Shown here piece after piece: positions 20,793-30,312 of a stretch of DNA of 64,000 bases. Made by a program: the position numbers and the translations under genes. This stretch comes from an uncultured SAR86 cluster bacterium (GTDB lineage: Bacteria > Pseudomonadota > Gammaproteobacteria > Magnimaribacterales > D2472). The stretch is from contig CACEAP010000003.1 in the NCBI GenBank assembly GCA_902557645.1, positions 135,936 through 199,935 on the forward strand, read 5' to 3'. The first letter of the stretch is position 1; the number at the start of each line of letters is the position of its first letter. Below the pieces are notes generated by a model, which saw nothing but the letters and a program-made list of their open reading frames with translations, ran no database searches and was not told where the DNA came from.

Positions 20793-22003
20793 TGTCTACA
20801 ATTACAAAAGTATTTGATTGGGTTAATCACAGACTGCCAATACAAAATACCTACGAAAGGCATCTTTCTAAACATCCTGTTCCTAAAAAAGTTAATTTTT
20901 GGTATCTTTTTGGTGCATTAGCAGCAGTAGTTTTAGTAATTCAAATTGTATCTGGTATATGGCTAATTATGCTCTATACACCTGGCGAAGCAGCATTTGC
21001 ATCTATTGAATACATGATGAGAGATGTTGATTATGGTTGGGTTATTAGATATATGCATACTACAGGCGCATCTATGTTTTTTGCGGTGGTGTATTTACAT
21101 ATGTTTAGAGGCCTGCTTTATGGTTCATATCAGAAACCTAGAGAGCTTGTATGGATCTTTGGATGCACAATTTATTTAGCCATGATGGCTGAAGGGTTTT
21201 TAGGTTATGTTCTTCCATATGGCCAAATGTCATATTGGGGCGCACAAGTTATTATTTCCTTATTTGGAGCTCTTCCATATATAGGTGAATCTTTAGAATT
21301 ATGGATAAGAGGAGATTATTATATATCTGGTATAACGGTTAACAGATTCTTTGCACTTCATGTTGTTGCTCTTCCGCTAGTTTTAATTGCATTAGTTTTT
21401 CTTCATTTAGTTGCACTTCATGAAGTAGGAGCTGGAAATCCTGAGGGAGTAGATATTGAAGCACATACAGATCAGGATGGAGTTCCTTTAGATAGTGTTC
21501 CATTTTTCCCATATAAAGTTTTAAATGCTTTAGTCGGAATTGGAGTTTTTATGACTGTCTTTGCAATAATTATGTTTTTCTTCCCAGAAGGTGGAGGTTA
21601 TTTTATTGAATATGCAAATTATGAAGAAGCCAATCCCCTTGTAACTCCTGATCATATTGCCCCTGTATGGTACTACTCACCTTACTATTCAATATTAAGA
21701 GCAGTACCAGATAAACTTGGTGGGTTTGCAGCAATGGGAGCAGCAGTAGCTGTTTTCTTTGTAGTACCTTGGTTAGATAGGAGTAATGTAGCATCTATAA
21801 GATATAAAGGTATTTTGAGTAAAATTGCTTTAGTTATGTTTGGAATAAGTTTTATAACATTAGGATATTTAGGAACTGTTAGTGTTACTGAGCATAGAAA
21901 AACAATGAGCATAATTTGCACAGTCATTTATTTTAGCTATTTTCTATTAATGCCAATATATACAAGCATAGAAAAAACAAAACCGGTTCCCGATAGGTTA
22001 TGA
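20792..22003 (+). CDS. petB: Cytochrome b
   Basis: NFWYLFG, RYMHTTGAS, GQMSYWGAQVI, RFFALH, PVWY (PEWY variant). Confidence 0.97.
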   Translation: MSTITKVFDWVNHRLPIQNTYERHLSKHPVPKKVNFWYLFGALAAVVLVIQIVSGIWLIMLYTPGEAAFASIEYMMRDVDYGWVIRYMHTTGASMFFAVVYLHMFRGLLYGSYQKPRELVWIFGCTIYLAMMAEGFLGYVLPYGQMSYWGAQVIISLFGALPYIGESLELWIRGDYYISGITVNRFFALHVVALPLVLIALVFLHLVALHEVGAGNPEGVDIEAHTDQDGVPLDSVPFFPYKVLNALVGIGVFMTVFAIIMFFFPEGGGYFIEYANYEEANPLVTPDHIAPVWYYSPYYSILRAVPDKLGGFAAMGAAVAVFFVVPWLDRSNVASIRYKGILSKIALVMFGISFITLGYLGTVSVTEHRKTMSIICTVIYFSYFLLMPIYTSIEKTKPVPDRL

Positions 22004-22836
22004 ATTTAATCGCTAAAAGATTTATAAATTTTTATCATTTATCTCTGATTTTTTTTGTTCTATTTTGTATTTTTTTTATACAAAATACATTTTCTGCTGA
22101 AGGTGCGCCTTGTAAAGATTACGGCGAGTGTGATGAATTTAAACACACATTAACAGATATGTCCTCTTTACAAAGAGGAGCCTCAACTTATTTAACATAC
22201 TGCTATGGATGTCATTCATTGGAATATTCAAGATGGAATAGAGTTGCTTCTGATCTAGAGATACCAGAAGAGATTTTTTTTAATAACCTTGTATTTGATG
22301 CTTCTGTAAAACCAGGTGATTTGATGGCAGGCTCAATGTCTAAAACCGAATCAGCGGAATGGTTTGGAGTGGCTCCTCCTGATCTAACCTTAGTAACAAG
22401 ATTGCATGGATCTGATTGGGTTTATACATATTTAAGAACTTTTTATGAAGATTCATCTAAGCAATATGGGGTTAATAATTTAGTATATCCTGGTGCAGCC
22501 ATGCCTAATGTTTTAGCATCTCTTCAAGGAAATCAGCAACTAATATGTAAACAGATTCCAGTAATTGCTAAAAATGGTGGTGAAAAGAGGGATGATTTTG
22601 GAAATACAATCACAAAAGAAAAATGCGGGTTTTTATCTGTTGAGTCTGGGACAGGAATATTAAACAAAGATGAATTTGATAAATTAATATATGACCTTAC
22701 AAATTTTTTAACTTATGTCGGCGATCCAGATAAAGTTGAGAGAGAAAGAATAGGTTGGTATGTGGTATTCTTCTTTATTATTTTTACATCTCTTGCATCT
22801 CTCTTATATAGAGAGTATCAAAAAGATTATCATTAG
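22000..22836 (+). CDS. petC: Cytochrome c1
   Basis: Heme motif CYGCH, PPDLTL, AMPNVL, C-terminal TM anchor. Confidence 0.95.
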   Translation: MNLIAKRFINFYHLSLIFFVLFCIFFIQNTFSAEGAPCKDYGECDEFKHTLTDMSSLQRGASTYLTYCYGCHSLEYSRWNRVASDLEIPEEIFFNNLVFDASVKPGDLMAGSMSKTESAEWFGVAPPDLTLVTRLHGSDWVYTYLRTFYEDSSKQYGVNNLVYPGAAMPNVLASLQGNQQLICKQIPVIAKNGGEKRDDFGNTITKEKCGFLSVESGTGILNKDEFDKLIYDLTNFLTYVGDPDKVERERIGWYVVFFFIIFTSLASLLYREYQKDYH

Positions 22837-22848
22837 GATAAATACATT

Positions 22849-23460
22849 ATGATTTTATATTCAGATAGAGACGACCATTACAGTCAAAGAGTTAGAATAG
22901 TTCTAGCTGAGAAAGATATTACATGTGAAATTAGAGAATCTTCTCTTGAGGAGACATCAGAAGAAATACTCTCAATTAATCCATATCACAAGTTGCCTAT
23001 TCTAGTTGATAGAGAGTTAGGCTTATATGACACAGGAGTAATGATGGAATATCTTGATGAAAGATTTCCCCATCCTCCTTTATTGCCAGTTTATCCAGTT
23101 GCCAGAGCAAATTGCAGAACTTTAATGTTAAGAATCGATAAAGAGTGGTGCCCAATGGTAGATACTCTGATCGAGAAATCATTATCTGAAAAAGAATTGA
23201 TTAAAGTAAGAGAAGAGCTATTACACGAAATAGCATCAATAGCATCAACTTTTAAAGAGTTTAAATTTTTTATGAGTGATGAATTTTCTCTTGTTGATTG
23301 TTGTTTTGGGCCTATTCTTTGGAGACTCCCATCAATTGGAATTAATTTACCAGTAAATAGACATTTAAAGCCTTTATTAGATTATCAAAAAAGAATCTTT
23401 GAAAGACCAGGCTTTCTTGATAGTTTATCTCCTCTAGAAAGAGATCTTAGGGAATTATAA
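22849..23460 (+). CDS. sspA: Stringent starvation protein A (GST-like)
   Basis: RVRIVLAEK, EYLDERFPHPPLLPVYPVARA; follows petC. Confidence 0.95.
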   Translation: MILYSDRDDHYSQRVRIVLAEKDITCEIRESSLEETSEEILSINPYHKLPILVDRELGLYDTGVMMEYLDERFPHPPLLPVYPVARANCRTLMLRIDKEWCPMVDTLIEKSLSEKELIKVREELLHEIASIASTFKEFKFFMSDEFSLVDCCFGPILWRLPSIGINLPVNRHLKPLLDYQKRIFERPGFLDSLSPLERDLREL

Positions 23461-24655
23461 ATCCACCATCAGCATTAATTCTTTTTAGTGGTAATTCTCT
23501 TATGATGCATTTATTTTGATTTAAAAAAAGAATTCCACTTCTGCCATTAACAATAGCATTTTTAATACCTTTCTCTTTTAAAGTTAAAATCAATAACAAG
23601 TCATGGAGATTGTCATAAATCAATCTGTTTTTGATATCTGATTGATCAGAAAATTGATCAAAAAATATATTATCTCTAAATTGATTTGAAACAGGCATTA
23701 TTAGCGATTCAAAGTCTAAAATTTTATTAATATCAATAATATTTTCTATAAGATTTATAGATGCATATGAATCTATATCTAGTGAATAGTTATATCTAAA
23801 TGCTGGTACAACACCTTTTGCATTTTCGTAACTTAATAAAAAGTATATATTCTTAATATCATTGCGAATTCTTGGGGTATTGTTAATATTGATTTTTGGA
23901 AGTAAAGCATCAATTTTTTTGTGTCTAGCTATGTTTTCAGAAACACCTAAATTATCAGATGCAAATATTTCATATTGTTCATCTGAATAAAGAATAGATT
24001 TAATATTATTATGTAATTTTTTTATTTCACTTTGCTTATCTTGAAACGCTGTCTCAAAAATAATTAATGTCTCTGTTTCTTCTATATCATTATTAGCGAA
24101 TATAGCTTTTTCAACAGAATCAAGTTGATCGGTTTGAAAGGATTCACAAAATATAGGAAGTCTTTCATTTAGGGGGTTTGAATTCACAATAAATGCATTT
24201 TGATTATTGTCAAAAACAAGATTAATTTTTAAATGCTTTAAATTGATTGCAGCTTGCAACAATAAATCTTTATACTCTTCATCAACATTAAAGTTAAGAC
24301 TTATATAGTTTTGTTTTAACAAAAGATTATTATTTTTAATTAAATCTTGTATAACTTTTTTTCCATGTGGGCCTAGGTGATCAGATTCACTTAATGTAAT
24401 AAGAGCATCTAATTCTTTTGTATCAAGAAATTCATATTTAAGCGCTTCTAAGATTAATTCTCTATCTATTTTTAGTTTGTTTTTATCTTTATTTGCTTCA
24501 TTAAAGAGCTTATTTATAGACAAAGCTTGGTCAAAAACAGAGTAATTATTAGGAATAGACCGCTCTGAATTATTATTTATAGATGTTGCGCAGTTATTTA
24601 GCAACAATATTGCTAAAATAAAATAGAATTTTGTTAATGATATTATGTTTTTCAA
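23447..24655 (-). CDS. lpoA: LpoA/LppC-like outer-membrane lipoprotein (PBP1A activator), reduced
   Basis: Lipobox-like LLNNC; LppC-like C-terminus (PRIRNDIKNIYFL, GRSGILFL...IIRELP); divergent from rsmI, as in other gammaproteobacteria. Confidence 0.6.
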   Translation of the reverse strand: MKNIISLTKFYFILAILLLNNCATSINNNSERSIPNNYSVFDQALSINKLFNEANKDKNKLKIDRELILEALKYEFLDTKELDALITLSESDHLGPHGKKVIQDLIKNNNLLLKQNYISLNFNVDEEYKDLLLQAAINLKHLKINLVFDNNQNAFIVNSNPLNERLPIFCESFQTDQLDSVEKAIFANNDIEETETLIIFETAFQDKQSEIKKLHNNIKSILYSDEQYEIFASDNLGVSENIARHKKIDALLPKININNTPRIRNDIKNIYFLLSYENAKGVVPAFRYNYSLDIDSYASINLIENIIDINKILDFESLIMPVSNQFRDNIFFDQFSDQSDIKNRLIYDNLHDLLLILTLKEKGIKNAIVNGRSGILFLNQNKCIIRELPLKRINADGGFIIP

Positions 24656-24665
24656 AAGTTAAAAA

Positions 24666-25481
24666 ATGTTAAATTTTATATGCAGTCCCATTGGTAACTT
24701 AAATGATATCTCTATGAGGTCAATAAGTCTTCTTCAAACTGTAGATTTCATTTATGCAGAAGATACAAGAAATACAAATAAGTTACTAAAAAAATATAAT
24801 ATTGATAATAAAACAATATCTTTTCATGAACATAATGAAGATAAAGTTACCCCAAAGATAATAAAGCAACTTAATAGCGGCTCAGAGATAGCAATCATTA
24901 CTGATGCAGGCTCACCATGTATTTCCGATCCAGGATATTACTTATCACAAGAATGTATAAAAAATAATATTGAATATACAGTGATTCCAGGACCCTCATC
25001 TGTAATTAATGCTTTGATATTATCTGGCATGCCGTCTGATTCATTTACTTTTAAGGGCTTTTTCCCTAGAAAAAATAAATCTCAAATAGAAATAATAGAT
25101 TTTTTAAAAAGAACCAATGATACGGTTATTTTTTTTGAATCAGCAAAACGAATTAGCAGCACCATAAATTTCCTTAGTAAAAATCTATCTCAAGATAGAA
25201 GTATCGCTTTATGCAGAGAAATGACAAAACAGTTTGAAGAAACTTTAAGAGGCACTATTAAGTATATTAAAGAAAAGCTTAAGAATGATGAAATAGTACT
25301 CAAAGGAGAATTTGTTATTGTTGTTGATGGAACAAATAATAAGCCTTATGACATCATTTTTGATAATAGAACTCGGGAATTATATTTGAAAACTTTACCC
25401 CCTAAAGATGCAGCTAAGCTTATAGCAACAATAACTAATCAAAATAAAAGAGATATATATAATTGGCTGATAGATAAATAA
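24666..25481 (+). CDS. rsmI: 16S rRNA C1402 2'-O-methyltransferase
   Basis: PIGNLNDIS, AEDTR, DAGSPCISDPG, REMTKQFEE, KGEFVIVV. Confidence 0.95.
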   Translation: MLNFICSPIGNLNDISMRSISLLQTVDFIYAEDTRNTNKLLKKYNIDNKTISFHEHNEDKVTPKIIKQLNSGSEIAIITDAGSPCISDPGYYLSQECIKNNIEYTVIPGPSSVINALILSGMPSDSFTFKGFFPRKNKSQIEIIDFLKRTNDTVIFFESAKRISSTINFLSKNLSQDRSIALCREMTKQFEETLRGTIKYIKEKLKNDEIVLKGEFVIVVDGTNNKPYDIIFDNRTRELYLKTLPPKDAAKLIATITNQNKRDIYNWLIDK

Positions 25482-25499
25482 ATGTCTATAATCAGCACC

Positions 25500-25828
25500 G
25501 AGTTGGTTGGATGATCGCTAAAATTTATTTTAGAGGAAAGTCCGGACTTCATAGAGCAGGGCGCCAGGTAACACCTGGGAGGCGTAAGCTTACGGAAAGT
25601 GCAGCAGAAAATATACCGCCAATTAATTGGTAAGGGTGAAATGGTGTGGTAAGAGCACACCGCTTAAATGGTAACATTTAAGGCATTGCAAACCCCAGCC
25701 TGAAGCAAGACCAAATAGAAATCCTTAGGCTGCTCGTTTAGGATTTGGGTAGGTTGCTAGAGCTTTGTGGCGACACATTGCCAAGATAGATGATCATCTT
25801 ATACAGAATCCGGCTTACAGACCAACTC
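25500..25828 (+). ncRNA. rnpB: RNase P RNA, bacterial type A, compact
   Basis: P1 GAGTTGGT/ACCAACTC, GAGGAAAGTCCGG, GAAAGTGCAGCAGAA, AAGGGTGAAA, ACAGAATCCGGCTTA; conserved rsmI-rnpB-mraZ position. Confidence 0.97.
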
Positions 25829-25850
25829 AATTTTTTAAAAAAAATAAAAA

Positions 25851-25890
25851 AAAGTGTGTGAAAGTGTGTAAAAAATGTTATAAAGTGTGT
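25851..25890 (+). promoter_or_regulatory. Putative MraZ operator (direct repeats)
   Basis: AAAGTGTGT at 25851, 25861 and 25882 with a degenerate copy at 25871, about 10-bp periodicity, directly upstream of mraZ. Confidence 0.7.
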
Positions 25891-25915
25891 TAAATAATTA
25901 AAAGTTAACTACTTT

Positions 25916-26383
25916 ATGTTTGGATACAACACGATATCAATAGATAAGAAGCACAGGTTTTCAATACCTGCAAAATATCGTACTGATTTTATTAAAAGCA
26001 ATGAATCAAAAGTTGTAGTAACAAAAGATCCACAATACCCATCCTTAAAATTATATAAAGGATCGGAATGGGAACTAATATCATTAAAACTTCAGTCACT
26101 CCAAGGACTAGATCCTATAGTTAGGAATATTCAATGGACCATATTAGGTAATGCTAGCGTGACTGATCTTAATCCTAATGGAAGAATGTTAATTTTATTA
26201 CCACAAGAACTTATTGATTATGCTCAATTAGATCAGACAAATAAAATTTCATTTGTTGGTATGGGTAACAAGTTTGAGATTTGGAATACAGAAAACTGGA
26301 ATTTACGTCAAACTGGAGGAAGTTTAGCTACTGAGATTCTTGATGTAGTTCTTCCAACTAGTATAAAAGAAATGTCTTTTTAA
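25916..26383 (+). CDS. mraZ: Division/cell-wall cluster transcriptional repressor MraZ
   Basis: IDKKHRFSIPAKYR, NGRMLILLPQEL, VGMGNKFEIW. Confidence 0.9.
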   Translation: MFGYNTISIDKKHRFSIPAKYRTDFIKSNESKVVVTKDPQYPSLKLYKGSEWELISLKLQSLQGLDPIVRNIQWTILGNASVTDLNPNGRMLILLPQELIDYAQLDQTNKISFVGMGNKFEIWNTENWNLRQTGGSLATEILDVVLPTSIKEMSF

Positions 26384-26396
26384 AAAGGGGATTGGT

Positions 26397-27521
26397 ATGA
26401 ATTGGGAAGTAGTAGATCAGAACGAACAAGCTAGAATAAAAGTTATCGGTGTTGGTGGTGCTGGAGGTAATGCTGTCATCCATATGATTAATCATGATAT
26501 TAAGGGTGTTGATTTTATTTGTGCTAATACTGATACTCAGGCTCTTAAAAGAGCTGATGGAGCTACCTCATTAAAATTAGGCAGCAACCTCACAAAAGGC
26601 CTTGGCGCTGGAGCAAATCCTGAGATAGGTCGTCAAGCTGCGGAGGGAGATAGAGAAGCAATACAAGAGCTCTTAGCTGATGCAGACATGATTTTTATAA
26701 CTGCTGGAATGGGTGGAGGCACTGGAACAGGAGCTGCACCAGTTGTAGCATCAATTGCAAAAGAAATGGGTGCATTAACAGTAGCTGTGGTTACAAAACC
26801 TTTTAAATTTGAAGGCCCTCGAAGAATGACCTCAGCAGAGCAAGGACTAGCAGCTCTTGTAGAAGAAGTAGATAGCTTAATAACAATACCCAATCAAAGA
26901 TTAATAGAAGTTCTAGGGGGCAATACAACCATGACTGATGCCTTTGCAAAAGCAGATGACGTATTAAAAGGCGCTGTTCAAGGCATTTCAGACATTATTA
27001 TGAAAGATGGATTAATTAATGTTGATTTTGCAGATGTCAAAACAGTAATGTCAGAAAAAGGTATTGCTATGATGGGCACAGGCCGATCCAGCGGCAAAGA
27101 TAGAGCTGCAGATGCTGCATCGCAAGCTGTTGGCAGTGAGCTACTTGAGGATATAGATTTAAAAGACGCGCGAGGTGTCTTAGTAAATATAACTGGTAAA
27201 GAGCCAACTTTAAATGATTATGAAGAGGTTAGTAATATCGTTGAAGAATTTACAGCAGATGACGCCTATGTAATATACGGAACTGTAATAGATGAAGATA
27301 TTGATGATGACTTGTTGGTAACAATAGTTGCAACGGGAGTTAATCAAAAAGCTCCGACATTAGCAGTAGATAACAAAAGAAATGCTTCAATAAAATTGAA
27401 CCCTGTTGGTTTAAACAAAGAAATTCCAACGGATAAAACCAGTAAAGAAGTTGGCACATCGTCTGCAGAGGCATTAGATTTCCTTGATGTGCCGACTTTT
27501 ATGCGAAAACAAGTAGACTAA
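26397..27521 (+). CDS. ftsZ: Cell division protein FtsZ
   Basis: IKVIGVGGAGGN, tubulin motif GGGTGTG, INVDFADV, C-terminal LDVPTFMRKQVD. Confidence 0.98.
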   Translation: MNWEVVDQNEQARIKVIGVGGAGGNAVIHMINHDIKGVDFICANTDTQALKRADGATSLKLGSNLTKGLGAGANPEIGRQAAEGDREAIQELLADADMIFITAGMGGGTGTGAAPVVASIAKEMGALTVAVVTKPFKFEGPRRMTSAEQGLAALVEEVDSLITIPNQRLIEVLGGNTTMTDAFAKADDVLKGAVQGISDIIMKDGLINVDFADVKTVMSEKGIAMMGTGRSSGKDRAADAASQAVGSELLEDIDLKDARGVLVNITGKEPTLNDYEEVSNIVEEFTADDAYVIYGTVIDEDIDDDLLVTIVATGVNQKAPTLAVDNKRNASIKLNPVGLNKEIPTDKTSKEVGTSSAEALDFLDVPTFMRKQVD

Positions 27522-27522
27522 A

Positions 27523-28428
27523 ATGCTCCATTTTCCAGTATTACTGGAAGAAGCTGTTGGATTTCTAGTTTGTAATAGCAATGGCTCATATGCAGACTGC
27601 ACATTTGGCAGAGGTGGGCATTCTAAACTTATCCTAGAAAGAATTTCAGAAACCGCAGAACTTACAGCCCTTGATAAAGACCCAGAAGCTTTTGCTTATG
27701 GTAAGCAATTTTTTAATGATAAGAGATTTAAGATTTTACATAAATCATTTAATGAGATAGATGATATATTTAAAACACAATCTCTTGATGGTATTTTATT
27801 TGATTTAGGAACTTGTTCTACGCATTTTGATGATAAATCTAGAGGCTTTAGTTTTAAAGAAGATGGCCCCTTAGATATGCGGTTTGATCCAAATAAAGGT
27901 GAACCTGTCTCAGAGTGGATTAATGCAGCAAGTGAGAAAGATATTATTGATGTTTTATTTAAATATGGCCAAGAAAAAAATGCTAGATCAATTGCAAAAG
28001 CTATATGTCTATCAAGAAAAAAGAATAAGATTACTAGAACTTCTTCATTAACAGAGATTATTCTCTCAGCCTCTTCCAGAAAAATCTCTAAAATTCATCC
28101 AGCAACAAAATCGTTTCAAGCTTTAAGAATATTTATAAATAATGAATTAGATGAATTAAAGGCAGCTCTAGAAAAGGCTAAAAAGATTATAAAAGTTGAT
28201 GGCATAATTGTTGTCATATCATTTCATTCATTGGAAGATTCTATAGTTAAAAAATCTTTTAAAACAAAAGTAAAAGCATTTCCTAGAGAAATACCTATAA
28301 ACCCTGTTATTACTAAAGAATTTAATTGCATTGCTAAGAAGATTAGACCTACTGCTAATGAAATAAGTTCAAATAAACGTTCAAGAAGCGCAATAATGCG
28401 TGTATTTAAAAAAATTAATGCAGCTTAA
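27523..28428 (+). CDS. rsmH: 16S rRNA m4C1402 methyltransferase (MraW)
   Basis: HFPVLL, DCTFGRGGHS, GPLDMR, HPATKSFQALRIFINNEL, ISFHSLED. Confidence 0.96.
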   Translation: MLHFPVLLEEAVGFLVCNSNGSYADCTFGRGGHSKLILERISETAELTALDKDPEAFAYGKQFFNDKRFKILHKSFNEIDDIFKTQSLDGILFDLGTCSTHFDDKSRGFSFKEDGPLDMRFDPNKGEPVSEWINAASEKDIIDVLFKYGQEKNARSIAKAICLSRKKNKITRTSSLTEIILSASSRKISKIHPATKSFQALRIFINNELDELKAALEKAKKIIKVDGIIVVISFHSLEDSIVKKSFKTKVKAFPREIPINPVITKEFNCIAKKIRPTANEISSNKRSRSAIMRVFKKINAA

Positions 28429-28687
28429 TAATTTATTTATATTGTTCTTACAAATATTGCTGATTCTATTTTTATCATTTGAACAGATTAAGGTTAGATG
28501 GGAAATAAGTCTTTTGTATGGAAATAAAGATAAGATTAATAATGAATACCAAAAACTAAAGGAAGAGGAATATAAGCTTAAAACAGAAGCATATTTTTTA
28601 AATTCACCCGCAAGAGTTGAAAAATATGCAAAAGAAGAATTAAAAATGCAAAAGACGAAACCTGTAATTATAAATATCAAAGAATGA
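28418..28687 (+). CDS. ftsL: Cell division protein FtsL
   Basis: TM plus coiled coil, SPARVEKYAKEELKM; between rsmH and ftsI. Confidence 0.85.
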   Translation: MQLNNLFILFLQILLILFLSFEQIKVRWEISLLYGNKDKINNEYQKLKEEEYKLKTEAYFLNSPARVEKYAKEELKMQKTKPVIINIKE

Positions 28688-30312
28688 AGAAATTAAATTA
28701 TTTTAATTGGAGATTTTTATTAATAATTATTTTTTTAATTATTGCAGTTTTAGCAATTTTTATAAGGGTAATTTACTTACAGGTTGATAAAGAAAATTTT
28801 TTAAAAGATTGGGGCCAAAATCAGCATATTGCATTTAGAACATCTGCTCCAGTAAGAGGAACTATTTACGATAGAAACAATGTACCTCTTGCTATCACAC
28901 TGACACATTATGATTTGTATGCGCTAAGAAACATGAAAGAAGAGGACTTTATAGCCCTGCAAAAAATACTTAATTTTGATAAATCATTTAATCAATTTAA
29001 TTTAAATAATAAAAAAACTGTTCTTCATAAAGATTTATCATCAGAATTAATATCAAAAATAGAAAAATCTTCAATAACTAACTATGAAATTGAAATTAGA
29101 TATTCAAGACATTATCCCCTTGGGGATCAAATCGCACCTCTTATAGGATTTTCAGGTAAGGATAACTTCGGCTTAGAAGGGATTGAAAAAAGTTATAACT
29201 CATTTTTATCAGGCAAAGAGGGAAAAGAAAAGTTCTATAGAAATAGAAAAGGTCAAATAATATCTAAGGCAATTATTATTGATGCAAAAGAACCTGGAAA
29301 AGATCTCTATTTAACAATTGATAGCAATATTCAGTTCTTTACATATAAAAAATTAGCTGAATCTATAAAAAGAAGCAAAGCAAAATCTGGCTCAGCTATT
29401 GTTCTTAATAACAATACTGGAGAGATATTAGCAATGGCAAGTTATCCATCATATAACCCTAATAATCCCTACAGAAAGATCCAAAAAAATAGAGCATTAT
29501 TGGACGCCTATGAGCCTGGTTCTGTGTTAAAGCCCATCACTATGGCATCTGCTATTGATAAAGGGTTTATAGATATAGAGGATACTATTGATACTTCTCC
29601 AGGATATATGTCATTAAATAATTACTCTATTTCAGATGTACAAAATCATGGGTTGTTAAAATCATATGAAATTATCACAAAATCTAGTCAAGTTGGCGCT
29701 TCTAAGATTGCACTAATGTTAGGATCAGAAAATATCATTAATAATTATAAAAAATTTGGTTTTAGCAAACCTATTAATATTAATTTCCCATCTTCTGCTT
29801 TTGGAGAGATCAATAATAGATCAAATATGTCAGATATAGAGATAGCAAACTTAGGTTTTGGATATGGCATTAACGCAAGTCCATTTCAAATAGCTTCAGC
29901 CTATTCAGTATTTGCAAATGATGGAGTATTCAAAGAATTTTCTCTCATTAAAAATAATGAATATAAATATGAAGAACAAATAATTTCAAAAGATACGGCT
30001 GAAAAAATTTTATTTGCTTTAAAGGATGTTGTGGAGAATGGTTCTGGATTCAAAGCAAAAGTAAAAGGTTATAAGGTAGGAGGAAAAACTGGAACTGCGC
30101 ATAAAAGTTCAAAGAGTGGAGGTTATGCAAAAAGTATATATACCGCATCATTTGCTGGAATAGCACCAATTGATAAGAAAGATCTAACTATTTTTGTTTC
30201 AATATATGAGCCTGGTTTAAATGAGTATAAGGGAGGTGAAATAGCAGCTCCTTTATTTGCAGGAATTGCTAAAGACACATTAAATTATTTAGGTTATTTT
30301 GAGGATGAGTAA
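28684..30312 (+). CDS. ftsI: Penicillin-binding protein 3 (septal transpeptidase)
   Basis: RGTIYDRN, TGEILAMASYPSYNPN, EPGSVLK (SxxK), GKTGTA. Confidence 0.93.
   Translation: MKKLNYFNWRFLLIIIFLIIAVLAIFIRVIYLQVDKENFLKDWGQNQHIAFRTSAPVRGTIYDRNNVPLAITLTHYDLYALRNMKEEDFIALQKILNFDKSFNQFNLNNKKTVLHKDLSSELISKIEKSSITNYEIEIRYSRHYPLGDQIAPLIGFSGKDNFGLEGIEKSYNSFLSGKEGKEKFYRNRKGQIISKAIIIDAKEPGKDLYLTIDSNIQFFTYKKLAESIKRSKAKSGSAIVLNNNTGEILAMASYPSYNPNNPYRKIQKNRALLDAYEPGSVLKPITMASAIDKGFIDIEDTIDTSPGYMSLNNYSISDVQNHGLLKSYEIITKSSQVGASKIALMLGSENIINNYKKFGFSKPININFPSSAFGEINNRSNMSDIEIANLGFGYGINASPFQIASAYSVFANDGVFKEFSLIKNNEYKYEEQIISKDTAEKILFALKDVVENGSGFKAKVKGYKVGGKTGTAHKSSKSGGYAKSIYTASFAGIAPIDKKDLTIFVSIYEPGLNEYKGGEIAAPLFAGIAKDTLNYLGYFEDE

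Noticed and set aside
25439-25660. 73-aa minus-strand ORF
   Set aside because: It is antisense to the RNase P RNA gene and the end of rsmI.
25851-25890. Short repeats considered as a CRISPR array, iterons or DnaA boxes
   Set aside because: Units are only about 10 bp with no spacers, no cas or rep gene, and no TTATCCACA match; the position fits an MraZ operator.
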